This document shows positions 1 to 9,755 of a stretch of 64,000 bases of DNA, piece by piece. The notes below the pieces were generated by a model, which searched no databases, was not told the DNA's origin, and worked only from the letters and a program-made list of their open reading frames with translations. The position numbers and the translations under genes were made by a program. Location of the stretch: the NCBI GenBank assembly GCA_016934535.1, contig JAFGSQ010000006.1, forward strand, positions 2,617 to 66,616. Direction: 5' to 3'. This DNA comes from a candidate division WOR-3 bacterium. GTDB taxonomy: Bacteria; SDB-A. The stretch's first letter is position 1. Each line of letters begins with the position of its first letter.

Positions 1-1010
1 CCCGCAAGATTTTCCTCCGCGATGACAGTTTTTTTATGCTTTTGGATGATTTCAATGTATTCATCCGGAACCGGAAAAAGAGTCTTGGCCACGAGGAGTG
101 AGACCTTTCTTCCGAGCGATCTAAGCGTTTTGACCGCCTCTCTCGCAGCAAAAGAAGTGATGTCGAAGGCAAAAACGAGGCTCTCTTCTCCGTCCTCTTC
201 GTATTCGTAATGGGTGTAGCTCTTTAAATTAATGACTGTTTTCTCTCTCAACCGTTTAGTGTTTGAGATCGCCTCAGGAGTGGAGTGCTGAAGGGCCGCT
301 TTGCGATCGTGCGTAGAAGCAGTGATCCTCACCTGATGGTCAGTGTTTCCAACGCTCAGAAAGTGCGGAACCAGGTCATCTTTCGGCATATACGGCATGT
401 ATTCATCTTTGCCCTGGTAATATTCTTTTTTTATAAGGTCAATATCCTGCAGTGAACTGACATCGAAGTCCTGCAAGGTCATAACCATTTCTTTCGACGT
501 GAGAAGGACAACCGGCGTTCTCAGTTTCAAAGCCGTTTTTACAGCTTCAGAAGGAAGCGACCAGCAGTCTTCGAGACTTGAAATACAGAAAGTCGGAACC
601 GGATATCCGCCAGAATTTATTCCGTTGAGAAGAAGCAGGTCCCCCTGCGCTCCGCAAGTTGCTGAACCAGTCGCGGGGCCGAGTCTCTGAACGAGCATTA
701 TCACCATAGGCAATTCCATCATGAAAGCCATCCCAATTGATTCGACCATTAGAGCGAGTCCCGGATAGGAAGTAGCAGTTACGGGAAGCTTTCCGGTTGA
801 AGAAAAACCTGACATCCACTGCAGAGTCGTGATTTCGTCCGGTGCGGGAAGAACTGTCGGAAAACGTCTGCTCGAATATAAATACAGAAGATTTGCTGGA
901 GTTATCGGATATCCGACGAATACGTCTGCGCCCGTTCTGACAACCGACTCGATAATAATTCTCGATCCGTCAATAAAATGTCTTTTCGCTGTTTTCCGTT
1001 GTTCCTTCAT
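1..1010 (-). CDS. korA: 2-oxoacid:ferredoxin oxidoreductase alpha subunit (KorA/VorA-like). N-terminal ~336 aa; the C-terminus runs off the window start.
   Basis: Manual translation of the minus strand from the ATG at 1010 (GAGG 6 nt upstream) gives MKEQRKTAKRHFIDGSRIIIESVVRTGADVFVGYPITPA...DEITTLQWMSGFSSTGKLPVTATSYPGLALMVESIGMAFMMELPMVIMLVQRLGPATGSATCGAQGDLLLLNGINSGG...LRTPVVLLTSKEMVMT. The match to the OFOR alpha GYPITP and SGPG/QRGGPSTG regions is clear. It is missing from the ORF track because the ORF never reaches a stop inside the window. Confidence 0.8.
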   Translation of the reverse strand, partial: MKEQRKTAKRHFIDGSRIIIESVVRTGADVFVGYPITPANLLYLYSSRRFPTVLPAPDEITTLQWMSGFSSTGKLPVTATSYPGLALMVESIGMAFMMELPMVIMLVQRLGPATGSATCGAQGDLLLLNGINSGGYPVPTFCISSLEDCWSLPSEAVKTALKLRTPVVLLTSKEMVMTLQDFDVSSLQDIDLIKKEYYQGKDEYMPYMPKDDLVPHFLSVGNTDHQVRITASTHDRKAALQHSTPEAISNTKRLREKTVINLKSYTHYEYEEDGEESLVFAFDITSFAAREAVKTLRSLGRKVSLLVAKTLFPVPDEYIEIIQKHKKTVIAEENLA

Positions 1011-1017
1011 ATCCGCC

Positions 1018-2451
1018 TCACTTCGCAGCTTTTTTCCCGCCGCCGAATATTTTATCGAAAGCAGTGCATAAAATTATTATGACTATAGTCGTAACGACGG
1101 CGCTGTATGTTTTATCCACAGTAAACCAGTTCAATTGTTTTGCCAGAAGGGTCAGAAAGATCACGAAGGTTCCAATGATGAACGACAGTTTTACTCCCAA
1201 CGGCGTGATCCATCCCCTCATGTAAAGCCCCATCAGAATGACGATGGCTCCTATCGCTCTTATAGCATAGGAAATGTAAGCCGTATCGAGGATCGCGCCC
1301 CTTAAAAGAATTGCCAGGGGAACTGTTATCAGATTCACGAGTATGACGAGTTTTCTCGCAGTCGAAACGACTTTTTTATCGTCGGCCTTTTTGTTTATTA
1401 TTCCGTGATATATGTCTTTTGCCGCGATAGTGACAACTGCAAAATTAACAGGACCGACTGTTGAAAGGATGGCCGCGATTACACCGGCTAAAGCGATTCC
1501 GCCGAGGACAGGATGGATGAAAGCTGGTGTTTGCAGAAGTGTCGGCAGTATTTCATTGGCTTTTACAGTGCTCGTGTCGAAAAACGCTCCGGTTTTAGCG
1601 TAAAGAGCCAAAAATGCCGCCATTATTCCGAAAGGCGCCACAATAAATCCCGCCAGGACCGAAGCCCATCTGGCTGTTTTTACATTCCTCGCTGCGAATA
1701 TCGGCTGGATACTCGCCTGCGCGGCCATTCCGCCTAGCACTCCTCCGAGGAGCAGAGCAAAAGCGTCGCTGACACCGGCGCTGAAAGGATTGTACAAGTT
1801 GTTGGGAGCGCCTCCAGCCACCAGTGTGTCGTGAAGATTCACCAGGCCGCCTACTTTAACAAGTCCTATGACAAACGCGGTTCCCAGACCTCCGAACATT
1901 GTCACGAGGTAAACTATTCCGGTTACGGCCAAAGCATGCATTCCTCCGAAATAGGTGTAAATTGTTATGATGACCGATGAGATAAGTACAGCCCATATCC
2001 AGTCAATTCCGAAAAGAGGAGCCATGACGCTCGAACAGGTTTGAAGCTGAACATAAGTCAGAATAATATATGCTATTAGGAAAGCTATAGCCGAAACTGT
2101 TCGCGCTTGAGATCCGAAAAGAGAATCTATCATCTCGCTGACCGTGTGCACGCTTTTCCTTCTGTAATGTACGGCTACGGTAAAACCGATTATTATCATT
2201 CCTGCGGCAGTAGCGATGTTATAAAATATCGGTTGAAGAGAACCGGTTTTAAATGCTTTTTCGCTGACGCCTATCGTACTCATTCCTCCTAGCCACTCGG
2301 CGGCGACGACAACGGCGCAGACAATCAATCCGAGATTTCTACCCGCAACCAGAAAGTCGGCCATGGATTTGCTCGCGACTTTTTTCGTCAAAAGGCCTAT
2401 CAATACAATGATCACAAAATAAATCAGAATGATCAGCGCGTAAATACTCAT
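1018..2451 (-). CDS. Sodium:solute symporter family (SSF/SSS) transporter
   Basis: 477 aa and highly hydrophobic with multiple TM helices; length and GxxxG-rich helices are typical of the SSS family (PutP/PanF-like). It overlaps ptb by 4 nt. Confidence 0.7.
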   Translation of the reverse strand: MSIYALIILIYFVIIVLIGLLTKKVASKSMADFLVAGRNLGLIVCAVVVAAEWLGGMSTIGVSEKAFKTGSLQPIFYNIATAAGMIIIGFTVAVHYRRKSVHTVSEMIDSLFGSQARTVSAIAFLIAYIILTYVQLQTCSSVMAPLFGIDWIWAVLISSVIITIYTYFGGMHALAVTGIVYLVTMFGGLGTAFVIGLVKVGGLVNLHDTLVAGGAPNNLYNPFSAGVSDAFALLLGGVLGGMAAQASIQPIFAARNVKTARWASVLAGFIVAPFGIMAAFLALYAKTGAFFDTSTVKANEILPTLLQTPAFIHPVLGGIALAGVIAAILSTVGPVNFAVVTIAAKDIYHGIINKKADDKKVVSTARKLVILVNLITVPLAILLRGAILDTAYISYAIRAIGAIVILMGLYMRGWITPLGVKLSFIIGTFVIFLTLLAKQLNWFTVDKTYSAVVTTIVIIILCTAFDKIFGGGKKAAK

Positions 2452-3389
2452 TTTTTCTCCTTAAGATTGAAAAGAGACTCTCCGTGTACTATAGCTCTCG
2501 CGATGAGAAGCGAATTGAAACGGTTTTGTTCGTCATCAGATCTCGAATTCAAAACACACGGTACTTTTGCTCCGAAAACCATCCCCCCCCATGTCGCTCC
2601 TCCGTGAAACTTGTAGCTTTTACCGAGGGAATTTGCCGTTTCGAGATTTGGGGCGAGAATGAAATCAAGATCACCGCACACCACCGAATCCTTCAATCCC
2701 TTGTGTATGGCGCATTCTCTGTTTATGGCGGCGTCGTAGCCGAGAGGCCCCTCCACGACAAAACCTTTCAGTTGTCCCCTTGCGGACATTACCTGTAGCA
2801 CCGCGGCGTCGAGTGTCGCCTGCATTTTAGAATTGACTGTTTCTACAGCGGCGAGCGCCGCAACTTTGACTTCTTTCACACCCAGGGAATCCCAAAGTCG
2901 TTTTGTGTTTTCTATTATGGCTTTTTTTTCTTCGAGCGATGGACAAATGACAATTGCGTTGTCGCTGACAGCGAAGAATTTATGGTAACTTTCCATTTCG
3001 AAAAGGCTGAGGTTGGACAGAACTGAAGAAGCTTTTATACCTGTTTCTTTGTCAAGTATTGCTTTCAAATACAATTCCGATTTAAGACTGCCTTTGACGA
3101 GGATTTCCGCCCCTTCTTCCCTGACTGCCTTCACGGCGAGAACCGCCGCTTCTTTGTCGCTGGAAGCTTCCATCAACTCGATGTTCTTCATTGCGGTAAA
3201 GACTTTAACGAGGCGTTTTTCTATATTCATTTTGTCGCCCGCGAGAAAACACTTACCTACAAATCCTTTTTCCACGGCAATTTTGAGACTGCCTATGACC
3301 TCCTCGTCCTGCGCTGCCGCGACGGCTAACGCCACGGGAGGCAGTTTACCGACAGCCTCTCCAAGTTCATTGAAATTTTTTATACTCAA
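2448..3389 (-). CDS. ptb: Phosphate butyryltransferase / phosphate acyltransferase (Pta/Ptb family)
   Basis: 313 aa, the size of Ptb rather than the ~700 aa Pta. Pta/Ptb-family similarity across the whole length. It lies immediately downstream of buk. Confidence 0.75.
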   Translation of the reverse strand: MSIKNFNELGEAVGKLPPVALAVAAAQDEEVIGSLKIAVEKGFVGKCFLAGDKMNIEKRLVKVFTAMKNIELMEASSDKEAAVLAVKAVREEGAEILVKGSLKSELYLKAILDKETGIKASSVLSNLSLFEMESYHKFFAVSDNAIVICPSLEEKKAIIENTKRLWDSLGVKEVKVAALAAVETVNSKMQATLDAAVLQVMSARGQLKGFVVEGPLGYDAAINRECAIHKGLKDSVVCGDLDFILAPNLETANSLGKSYKFHGGATWGGMVFGAKVPCVLNSRSDDEQNRFNSLLIARAIVHGESLFNLKEKK

Positions 3390-3405
3390 AACACTCCTCC
3401 GGAAA

Positions 3406-4551
3406 TTATTGATTCGATTTTTTGAATGTTATCATAGGATCAGTGTCTTCGTTTTTAATAATACATTGGGGCCATTTCATAGATTTATCTTTTCCGGTCA
3501 GCACGAGGAAAACGCTAGTCGCTATCGCCTTGTTTTCGTTCTCTCCGGGATAAACATAAACTCTCCCGAGTTTCGAACATTTGCGGGTCACTTCACTCGT
3601 TAGATAGCATTCTTTCGCGACTCCGCCCGTGACTATTATTCCGTTGAGATCAAAATCGAGAACAGACGCCATCGAGCCTATTTCTTTGCAAATCTGATAG
3701 ATCATCGCGTCGTAAATGAATTTTGCGAACTCGTCGCCATCATTTATCCTTCTGACAACTTCCCTGATGTCTTTTGTCCCGAGGTAAGCGTATATACCTC
3801 CGGCTCCGTATAATTTTTTATGAAGCTGATCTCTTGTGTATTTACCTGAAAAACAAGCTTCGAGAAGAGGAATTGGAGGGATTCCACCCGCCCTTTCAGG
3901 CGTGAATGGAGCTCCTTCCATCCTGTTGTCACTGTCAATAATTTTACCCCCCTCGAGAGGCGCTATGGAAAAACCGCCTCCGAGATGGCACACGACGCAT
4001 CTCATTTCGTTGAACTCTTTGTCAAGTTCTTTCGCCAGTTTCCTCACTGTTGCCCTTATGTTTAAAGCGTGCACAAATGAAAAACGGGGAAATTCAGGGC
4101 ATCCTGAAATCCTCGCAATCGGGTTTATTTCATCGACACCCACCGGGTCTACTACATAAGAAGGTGATTTTAAAGACAACGACAATCTGTGCGCAATCGG
4201 AGCCGCGAGATTAGAAGCGTGCTGATAGACGGGGCGGTTGAGGCTGAAATCGGCGAGTTCGGCGTTTAATTCTATCACTCCGCTCGGAACAGGCGGAAGC
4301 ATGCCTCCTATAGCGCCTACTGCCGCCACGGATTCATTTTCAGCCAGGGATCCATCTACGAATTTTCGTACCAGCTCTTCTCTGAAGTCTACTTGTGCGG
4401 AAATTGTCGGATACTTGTGGATGATATCATCGGAATGCTCAAAGACTGATGCTGTCTCAATTTCTATCGCGTCACCATTTTGTTTGAAAAGAGAGCATTT
4501 AGTGGTCGTCGATCCGGTGTTGACTACCAATATAAGACGGTTTTTATCCAT
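3406..4551 (-). CDS. buk: Butyrate (branched-chain fatty acid) kinase
   Basis: 381 aa. N-terminal LILVVNTGSTTTKCSLF matches the acetate/butyrate kinase ASKHA motif (cf. ILVINPGSTSTK). Ptb sits adjacent. Confidence 0.85.
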   Translation of the reverse strand: MDKNRLILVVNTGSTTTKCSLFKQNGDAIEIETASVFEHSDDIIHKYPTISAQVDFREELVRKFVDGSLAENESVAAVGAIGGMLPPVPSGVIELNAELADFSLNRPVYQHASNLAAPIAHRLSLSLKSPSYVVDPVGVDEINPIARISGCPEFPRFSFVHALNIRATVRKLAKELDKEFNEMRCVVCHLGGGFSIAPLEGGKIIDSDNRMEGAPFTPERAGGIPPIPLLEACFSGKYTRDQLHKKLYGAGGIYAYLGTKDIREVVRRINDGDEFAKFIYDAMIYQICKEIGSMASVLDFDLNGIIVTGGVAKECYLTSEVTRKCSKLGRVYVYPGENENKAIATSVFLVLTGKDKSMKWPQCIIKNEDTDPMITFKKSNQ

Positions 4552-4655
4552 TTTCTTTTCCTGTTAGATTTTAATTCGCAGTTTTCGGATTTCCGTTATA
4601 AATGAGTAGTATATAAGAAAGGGACTTTAAGGACAATACTCCGGGAAAAACTACT

Positions 4656-6266
4656 TTAAACAGATTTTTTGTCTTTGGCATGAGAGACTGAAGCTTTTCT
4701 TCCTTTTATTTTAACTGAAAACTTCCTGACTATCTCCTCCGCAGAAGAAAACGGCACAGTGACAAATGAAAAACTTTCGAAAACTTCGACGTCGTTTATG
4801 TTCCTGTCGTGAATATTTACAGTTTTTTTCAGAATTTGCACAAGTTTCTTTGGCGTAATTCCGTCTTTTTTCCCGATTGAAACAAACAACCTTGTAGTGC
4901 CCTGATCGTCAACGGAGTAATCTTTTGATCTTTTTCCTGTCTGTTTTTCATCGATATTGGAATAGACACTCGGGTCGAGCTTCTCGTTAAAAGACAATTT
5001 GAGAAGCGCGGACACAGTTTTTGAAGCACCGTGCTTGGAAATCAACTCTTCCGCCCAACTGAAGTAAGTTCCGTCGGTATCTTTTTGGATTGCTTTTTCA
5101 AGTTCTTTTCTTATTCTCTTTTGCTTTTCCTTCATCACCTCGTCAACTTTGGGTATTTCGGCTTTGCGTATTTGTGTTTTGGCAATCTTTTTAATAAACA
5201 CAAGCTTCCTGTATTCATACGGAGTCACGAACGTTATCGCAGTTCCCCTGTTTCCCGCTCTTCCTGTTCTGCCGATTCTGTGTACATAAGATTCAGGGTC
5301 CTGAGGCAGAGAAAAATTTATTACGTGTGTGATGTTGAAAACGTCCAAACCCCTCGCAGCGACGTCCGAGGCAACGAGAAGATTTATCTGACGACGCTTG
5401 AACCTGGCGAGAATCTTTTCTCTCTGTGCCTGCGATATATCCCCGTGGAGGCCTTCCGCGTCGTACCCTCTGTCATTGAGGCGTGACGTCAGAAAATCGA
5501 CGTCCTTTTTCGTTCTGCAGAAGATCAGTCCGTAAAACTCCTCTTCAAAATCAATAATTCTGCAAAGCGCTTCAACTTTGTCGGCTTCCCTCACCTCAAA
5601 ATATATCTGATCGGCAAGGCTCGTTGTAAGCTGGTCCTTTTTAATTCTTATAATTTCATGATCTTTCATGTAGGAGTTGACTACATTCATTATCCTGTCA
5701 GGCATAGTCGCTGAAAACATAAGCGTTCTTTTACCGGGATTTGTGTGTTTCAGTATCTCTTCCATTTCGTCGGCAAAACCCATATTAAGCATTTCATCAG
5801 CTTCATCTATGACGAGCAACTCGATTTCGGACAGGTCGATTGTTTTTCTTTTAAGATGATCGATTATCCTTCCGGGCGTTCCGACGATTATCTCGGCTCC
5901 CTTTCTGAGGCGTCTGAACTGTTCTTCTATTGACTGGCCTCCGTAAATGGGAACCACGGCAATTTTCTTTTTGCCCTTGAGCGAACTCAATTCTTCTGAC
6001 ACCTGAAGAGCGAGCTCTCTCGTCGGCGTGACCACGAGAGCCTGTACTGTTTTATCGCATCTTATCTTCTCTATTATAGGCAGGCCGAAAGCCGCCGTCT
6101 TTCCCGTCCCAGTCTGCGCCTGTCCGACCAGATCCTTGTCTCCCGACAGCAATTTAGGTATCGTAAGGATTTGAATCTCTGTCGGTTCTTCGAAGCCTTT
6201 CTGAATTATCGCTTCAATTGTTTCCTCGGAAAGCCCGAGTTGCCTGAATTTTTTCAATCTCTGCAT
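4656..6266 (-). CDS. deaD: DEAD-box ATP-dependent RNA helicase with C-terminal DbpA-type RNA-binding domain
   Basis: Q-motif, AQTGTGKT (motif I), PTRELA, DEAD, SAT and HRIGRTGRAG are all present. The C-terminal ~75 aa resemble the DbpA RNA-binding domain. Confidence 0.9.
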   Translation of the reverse strand: MQRLKKFRQLGLSEETIEAIIQKGFEEPTEIQILTIPKLLSGDKDLVGQAQTGTGKTAAFGLPIIEKIRCDKTVQALVVTPTRELALQVSEELSSLKGKKKIAVVPIYGGQSIEEQFRRLRKGAEIIVGTPGRIIDHLKRKTIDLSEIELLVIDEADEMLNMGFADEMEEILKHTNPGKRTLMFSATMPDRIMNVVNSYMKDHEIIRIKKDQLTTSLADQIYFEVREADKVEALCRIIDFEEEFYGLIFCRTKKDVDFLTSRLNDRGYDAEGLHGDISQAQREKILARFKRRQINLLVASDVAARGLDVFNITHVINFSLPQDPESYVHRIGRTGRAGNRGTAITFVTPYEYRKLVFIKKIAKTQIRKAEIPKVDEVMKEKQKRIRKELEKAIQKDTDGTYFSWAEELISKHGASKTVSALLKLSFNEKLDPSVYSNIDEKQTGKRSKDYSVDDQGTTRLFVSIGKKDGITPKKLVQILKKTVNIHDRNINDVEVFESFSFVTVPFSSAEEIVRKFSVKIKGRKASVSHAKDKKSV

Positions 6267-6404
6267 TTTTCCCTCTGGATTGGATTTTTATGGAAATTAA
6301 CAAAAAGGAATAATATCTTCTTTGTCCCTAAAATTTATCTGCCGGATTATACTACAAATGCCTACAATATCAATCATAAATTCAAATTTATAATTTCAAT
6401 CGCA

Positions 6405-7238
6405 TCAAACAAGGGATTTGAAAATTTGTTCTGCCACGGTTTTATCGTTGAGATATTCCTCAATTCCATGATGATTACCGCTGTCGTTTTTTACTTCGGA
6501 CAGGTTCATTATTTCCGGTGTTATCGGAAAAACGTACTTGTCAAGTTTCTTCAGTGCTATAAAATCACGTTCGTCGTAAACATTAAGCCATTTTTCAACG
6601 CAATCCGGCATTTTAAGCGGTTTTGAGAGACATTTTTTTATTGATGATAAACCCAGAGGGGAGCCGACGGTTACGAAAAGGCTAATACTTCTGTGATTTT
6701 TACCCTTTTTCCTTAATGCTTCATAACCTATCACGGAGCCGAGAGAATGACCTATTACGGTTTTTGTGTCCGAATCAATTATTTCCATAACAAAATTGTC
6801 AATTTCGTCCCTTAATTTTCTCACGGAAAGATAGGCGGCGACATCACGAGTGAAAATATCAAGCATCAGAGAACTTATTTCGACATTTCTTTCAAACAGC
6901 CTCAATAACTTTTGGACCGTTTCACTCGCAAAAATGCTTTTCTGTTGAATATCATCCCGCGGTTCTTCAGTGTTTACAAAGTCAATTAAACCGGATAATT
7001 CCGCCATTTCAAACAGGATTTCCTTTATCAATAAATTTTCACGGCGTGACAGAACTGTTTTTCTTAATGTATGTTTTTCAAGAATTTTTCCATAGTAAGG
7101 AAATTCAAAAAGGACATCTTTCGGAAGACTTAGTCCTGTTTTTTTCAGTCCGTTTTTCAGCGCTTTTATCCACGTTATTTTCAATTTCTCAGGATCTTTA
7201 TTTTCCTGAGACCTGCCGTGAATAAAAACCACTTTCAT
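6405..7238 (-). CDS. alpha/beta-hydrolase-fold serine hydrolase (esterase/lipase-like), family unassigned
   Basis: VVFIHG oxyanion-hole segment; GHSLGS nucleophile elbow; downstream Asp/His candidates. No signal peptide. Confidence 0.5.
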   Translation of the reverse strand: MKVVFIHGRSQENKDPEKLKITWIKALKNGLKKTGLSLPKDVLFEFPYYGKILEKHTLRKTVLSRRENLLIKEILFEMAELSGLIDFVNTEEPRDDIQQKSIFASETVQKLLRLFERNVEISSLMLDIFTRDVAAYLSVRKLRDEIDNFVMEIIDSDTKTVIGHSLGSVIGYEALRKKGKNHRSISLFVTVGSPLGLSSIKKCLSKPLKMPDCVEKWLNVYDERDFIALKKLDKYVFPITPEIMNLSEVKNDSGNHHGIEEYLNDKTVAEQIFKSLV

Positions 7239-7295
7239 AAAAACATCCTAAATAACATCCCTTGTTTGCCTGGTTTTCTTTTACTGTTCAAAATG

Positions 7296-9536
7296 CTATT
7301 TTATCAATAAAACTTTTTCTGTAAGTCTGAATTCTCCGGCTTTTAAAACAATAAAATAAAATCCTGTCGAAACACTCGTGTAGTATCCACTGTTATAATT
7401 CCAATTGACAATATAATCTCCGGCGGATTGCCGTTCATCGACCAATTGCCTGACCTCTCTTCCTGAAACATCGAATACAGACAGATTCACAAACACTTCG
7501 TTTCCAATGCTGTAAGAAATTTTTAACCTTTCCGATCCGCATACAGACATCTTCCAGGCACAAGGAGACGGCTGTTCCTCTACTGAAGAACCAGCCACCT
7601 CAATACTGCCAAAGTAAGGATGAAGATTGTGCCCGGATACCATTAGGTTCAATAAAACCGAATTAAGAGCCGACACCTGTATATCAACCGTTCCAGCGGC
7701 GTCCGTGTATTCAGCCCACACTGAATTATCGTCAGACAAAGCAACCAAAGCGTTCTGGCAAGGCGTCCCTTCCTTCATGACAGTCACGTGAACCGTTTGA
7801 TTTCCTGCAGGAATTGTTGCCGGGTGTGATACACTCAGCGCTTCAGGGTATCCCGTCCAGGCATCAATCGACGGATCCCCGAATAAATTATAACCCTCGT
7901 AATAATATTTTGGTTGAACGTAAGTTCCCCCATATGTATAAACGCCAAGGAGGCCATAATCGTAAAAAGCCTTTTCCGACGTCAGAGACAAATCGTAAAG
8001 ACCTTTAAAAACCCACCTTTCAAGCGTGTCGTCTTCAGCCCAAAGAGATCCCGGAGAAGACGCCCAAAAACTCACGGCTCCTTTTCCTTGAGCCCGAATC
8101 CAGGTTTCCGCAAAACATTCCGATGCAGACCATTGCCCGTTTGTGCAAGCATAACTCTGAACGATCGGATAATGGTTGATGTTTGTCAAATTACTGACAT
8201 TCGTCTGCGTGAATGGGGGGCCATCCGACCAGGCGTATACGCCTCCATGTCCTGAAAACACTGCTAAACAACGCCCTCCGTTGAAGGCGTCGCTGACCTG
8301 ACTCGTGGTTGCGCCGTAATAGTGCCAAAGAGTATCACAAATGAAATTATCCGGTCCCAGATAATTGTTAATCACCCAACGATGACTTCCTTCAGAAATC
8401 GTGTGGTTGTCGGTGCTTGCCATAAAAACCACCCGTTTGCACCAAGAACTGTCAGAATTCCATAAATCCGGATTTTCATAAAACAGCGTTTTATCAACTA
8501 TTGCTTTCAATTGAACTACTGACGATACAGGCCATCTGCCTGTCCATACATCAGGCATCATGTCCTGTCCCTTCATAAGGGAATACGGATGATCCGTTAT
8601 TGTTCCGGTCACAGTACCCGTGAAAGCCGGAATGGAATCATCGCCGACGAGCAGTACATATTGAGGAGGTATCGCCCAATAATCATAGGCATTTTGAATA
8701 TACAATTTTATTTCATTTGCCGTTTTACCTACACACGATAAGGCCGTCAGCGTCACAAAGTAGCCTTTTTGTCTTTTCCAGTCCACGAACTCTTCTAAAT
8801 AAGGCAAATATTCATCCGGAGCGATTATCAGATACCCTATAGGATTCTCGGGCAATTTTGTACCGAAACCGTATGCCCCGAAGTTGAGCATGAATGATTC
8901 GAGAAATTTCCTCGATTGGTGATTATCATATCTCCTGTATGATTCAATAGTTGAAGTTAAATCGCTGTCTCTCAGGTCAATCACAATCTCAATGTCATTT
9001 CTGTAAATTATTTCATTCTTTCCCGGATTATAAGACACAGGAAACACTTCTATTGTTATAAATCTGTGTCCTCGAATAAAACCACTGTCTGAAACCCTCA
9101 CTAATGCTTCTCCGAACATTCGATCAGGCAAATAAGCGCTTTCATCTATGGTAAAATCAATGATTGAATGCATCAGTTTTATTTGTGACGGTTGAACCGG
9201 ATATAATTGGTTATCAGGATATATTTGTTTTTGATTTCCCGACCATGCAGTTACTGACCATTGCGCCCCCAGCGGCACTTCAACGATTTTTCTTATTACA
9301 GGAATATACGGTTCTCCGACTGCACCTGACGAATGAGTGCATGGGATCAAAACGGTTGAAAACAGCCTTCCTTCAGCTGTTTTCTGTCCTATTTCAATGC
9401 TTCCAACTTGTGCGTTAAGGATCAGCAAGTGCGGGTCCGAATATTCTACGACCACATCAGTTATTCCTTCACTATATATGGAAAAAATCGAGGCAACGAC
9501 GGCGAAGATAAATGTTGCAGATAATATTATTTTCAT
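7296..9536 (-). CDS. Secreted peptidase C25 (gingipain-like cysteine peptidase) with T9SS C-terminal sorting domain
   Basis: N-terminal signal peptide. C25-like core with VFSGHGG (His) and YACTNGQW (Cys). The C-terminus VFDVSGREV...GFYFIVLKAGEFRLTEKVLLIK matches the type-A T9SS CTD consensus. Confidence 0.7.
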   Translation of the reverse strand: MKIILSATFIFAVVASIFSIYSEGITDVVVEYSDPHLLILNAQVGSIEIGQKTAEGRLFSTVLIPCTHSSGAVGEPYIPVIRKIVEVPLGAQWSVTAWSGNQKQIYPDNQLYPVQPSQIKLMHSIIDFTIDESAYLPDRMFGEALVRVSDSGFIRGHRFITIEVFPVSYNPGKNEIIYRNDIEIVIDLRDSDLTSTIESYRRYDNHQSRKFLESFMLNFGAYGFGTKLPENPIGYLIIAPDEYLPYLEEFVDWKRQKGYFVTLTALSCVGKTANEIKLYIQNAYDYWAIPPQYVLLVGDDSIPAFTGTVTGTITDHPYSLMKGQDMMPDVWTGRWPVSSVVQLKAIVDKTLFYENPDLWNSDSSWCKRVVFMASTDNHTISEGSHRWVINNYLGPDNFICDTLWHYYGATTSQVSDAFNGGRCLAVFSGHGGVYAWSDGPPFTQTNVSNLTNINHYPIVQSYACTNGQWSASECFAETWIRAQGKGAVSFWASSPGSLWAEDDTLERWVFKGLYDLSLTSEKAFYDYGLLGVYTYGGTYVQPKYYYEGYNLFGDPSIDAWTGYPEALSVSHPATIPAGNQTVHVTVMKEGTPCQNALVALSDDNSVWAEYTDAAGTVDIQVSALNSVLLNLMVSGHNLHPYFGSIEVAGSSVEEQPSPCAWKMSVCGSERLKISYSIGNEVFVNLSVFDVSGREVRQLVDERQSAGDYIVNWNYNSGYYTSVSTGFYFIVLKAGEFRLTEKVLLIK

Positions 9537-9755
9537 TCGAGCCTCCTGTTTCTATGTTAAATATACCTTTATAATGTTCACTGCAATCCTATAAAATTAT
9601 TGCGGAATTCCGCAGTTGTAACTCTTTTCGACAATAGAATTTTATCTTCTTTTCAAGACTCGTGTAGAAATAATTTACACAATATTTTAATAATAAAAAC
9701 ATTTTTACAATTCATTAGGATTTATCTGGTTATTATTTTCATCGTTATCTTTGTC

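Noticed and set aside
499-819. ORF-track entries 499..690(+) and 547..819(-) inside the first kilobase
   Set aside because: Both are out-of-frame or antisense shadows of the korA-like gene. The korA-like reading frame (minus strand from 1010 off the window edge) is missing from the track only because it lacks an in-window stop.
3013-3603. Long antisense ORFs reported in the track: 3013..3603+, 5031..5486+, 7914..8255+, 11349..11939+, 14853..15473-, 17660..18274+, 47169..47726+, 55235..55897+, 59599..60132+
   Set aside because: Each lies entirely within a well-supported gene on the opposite strand. They have no RBS or recognisable domains, and their low-complexity, stop-poor composition is typical of antisense frames in AT-rich DNA.
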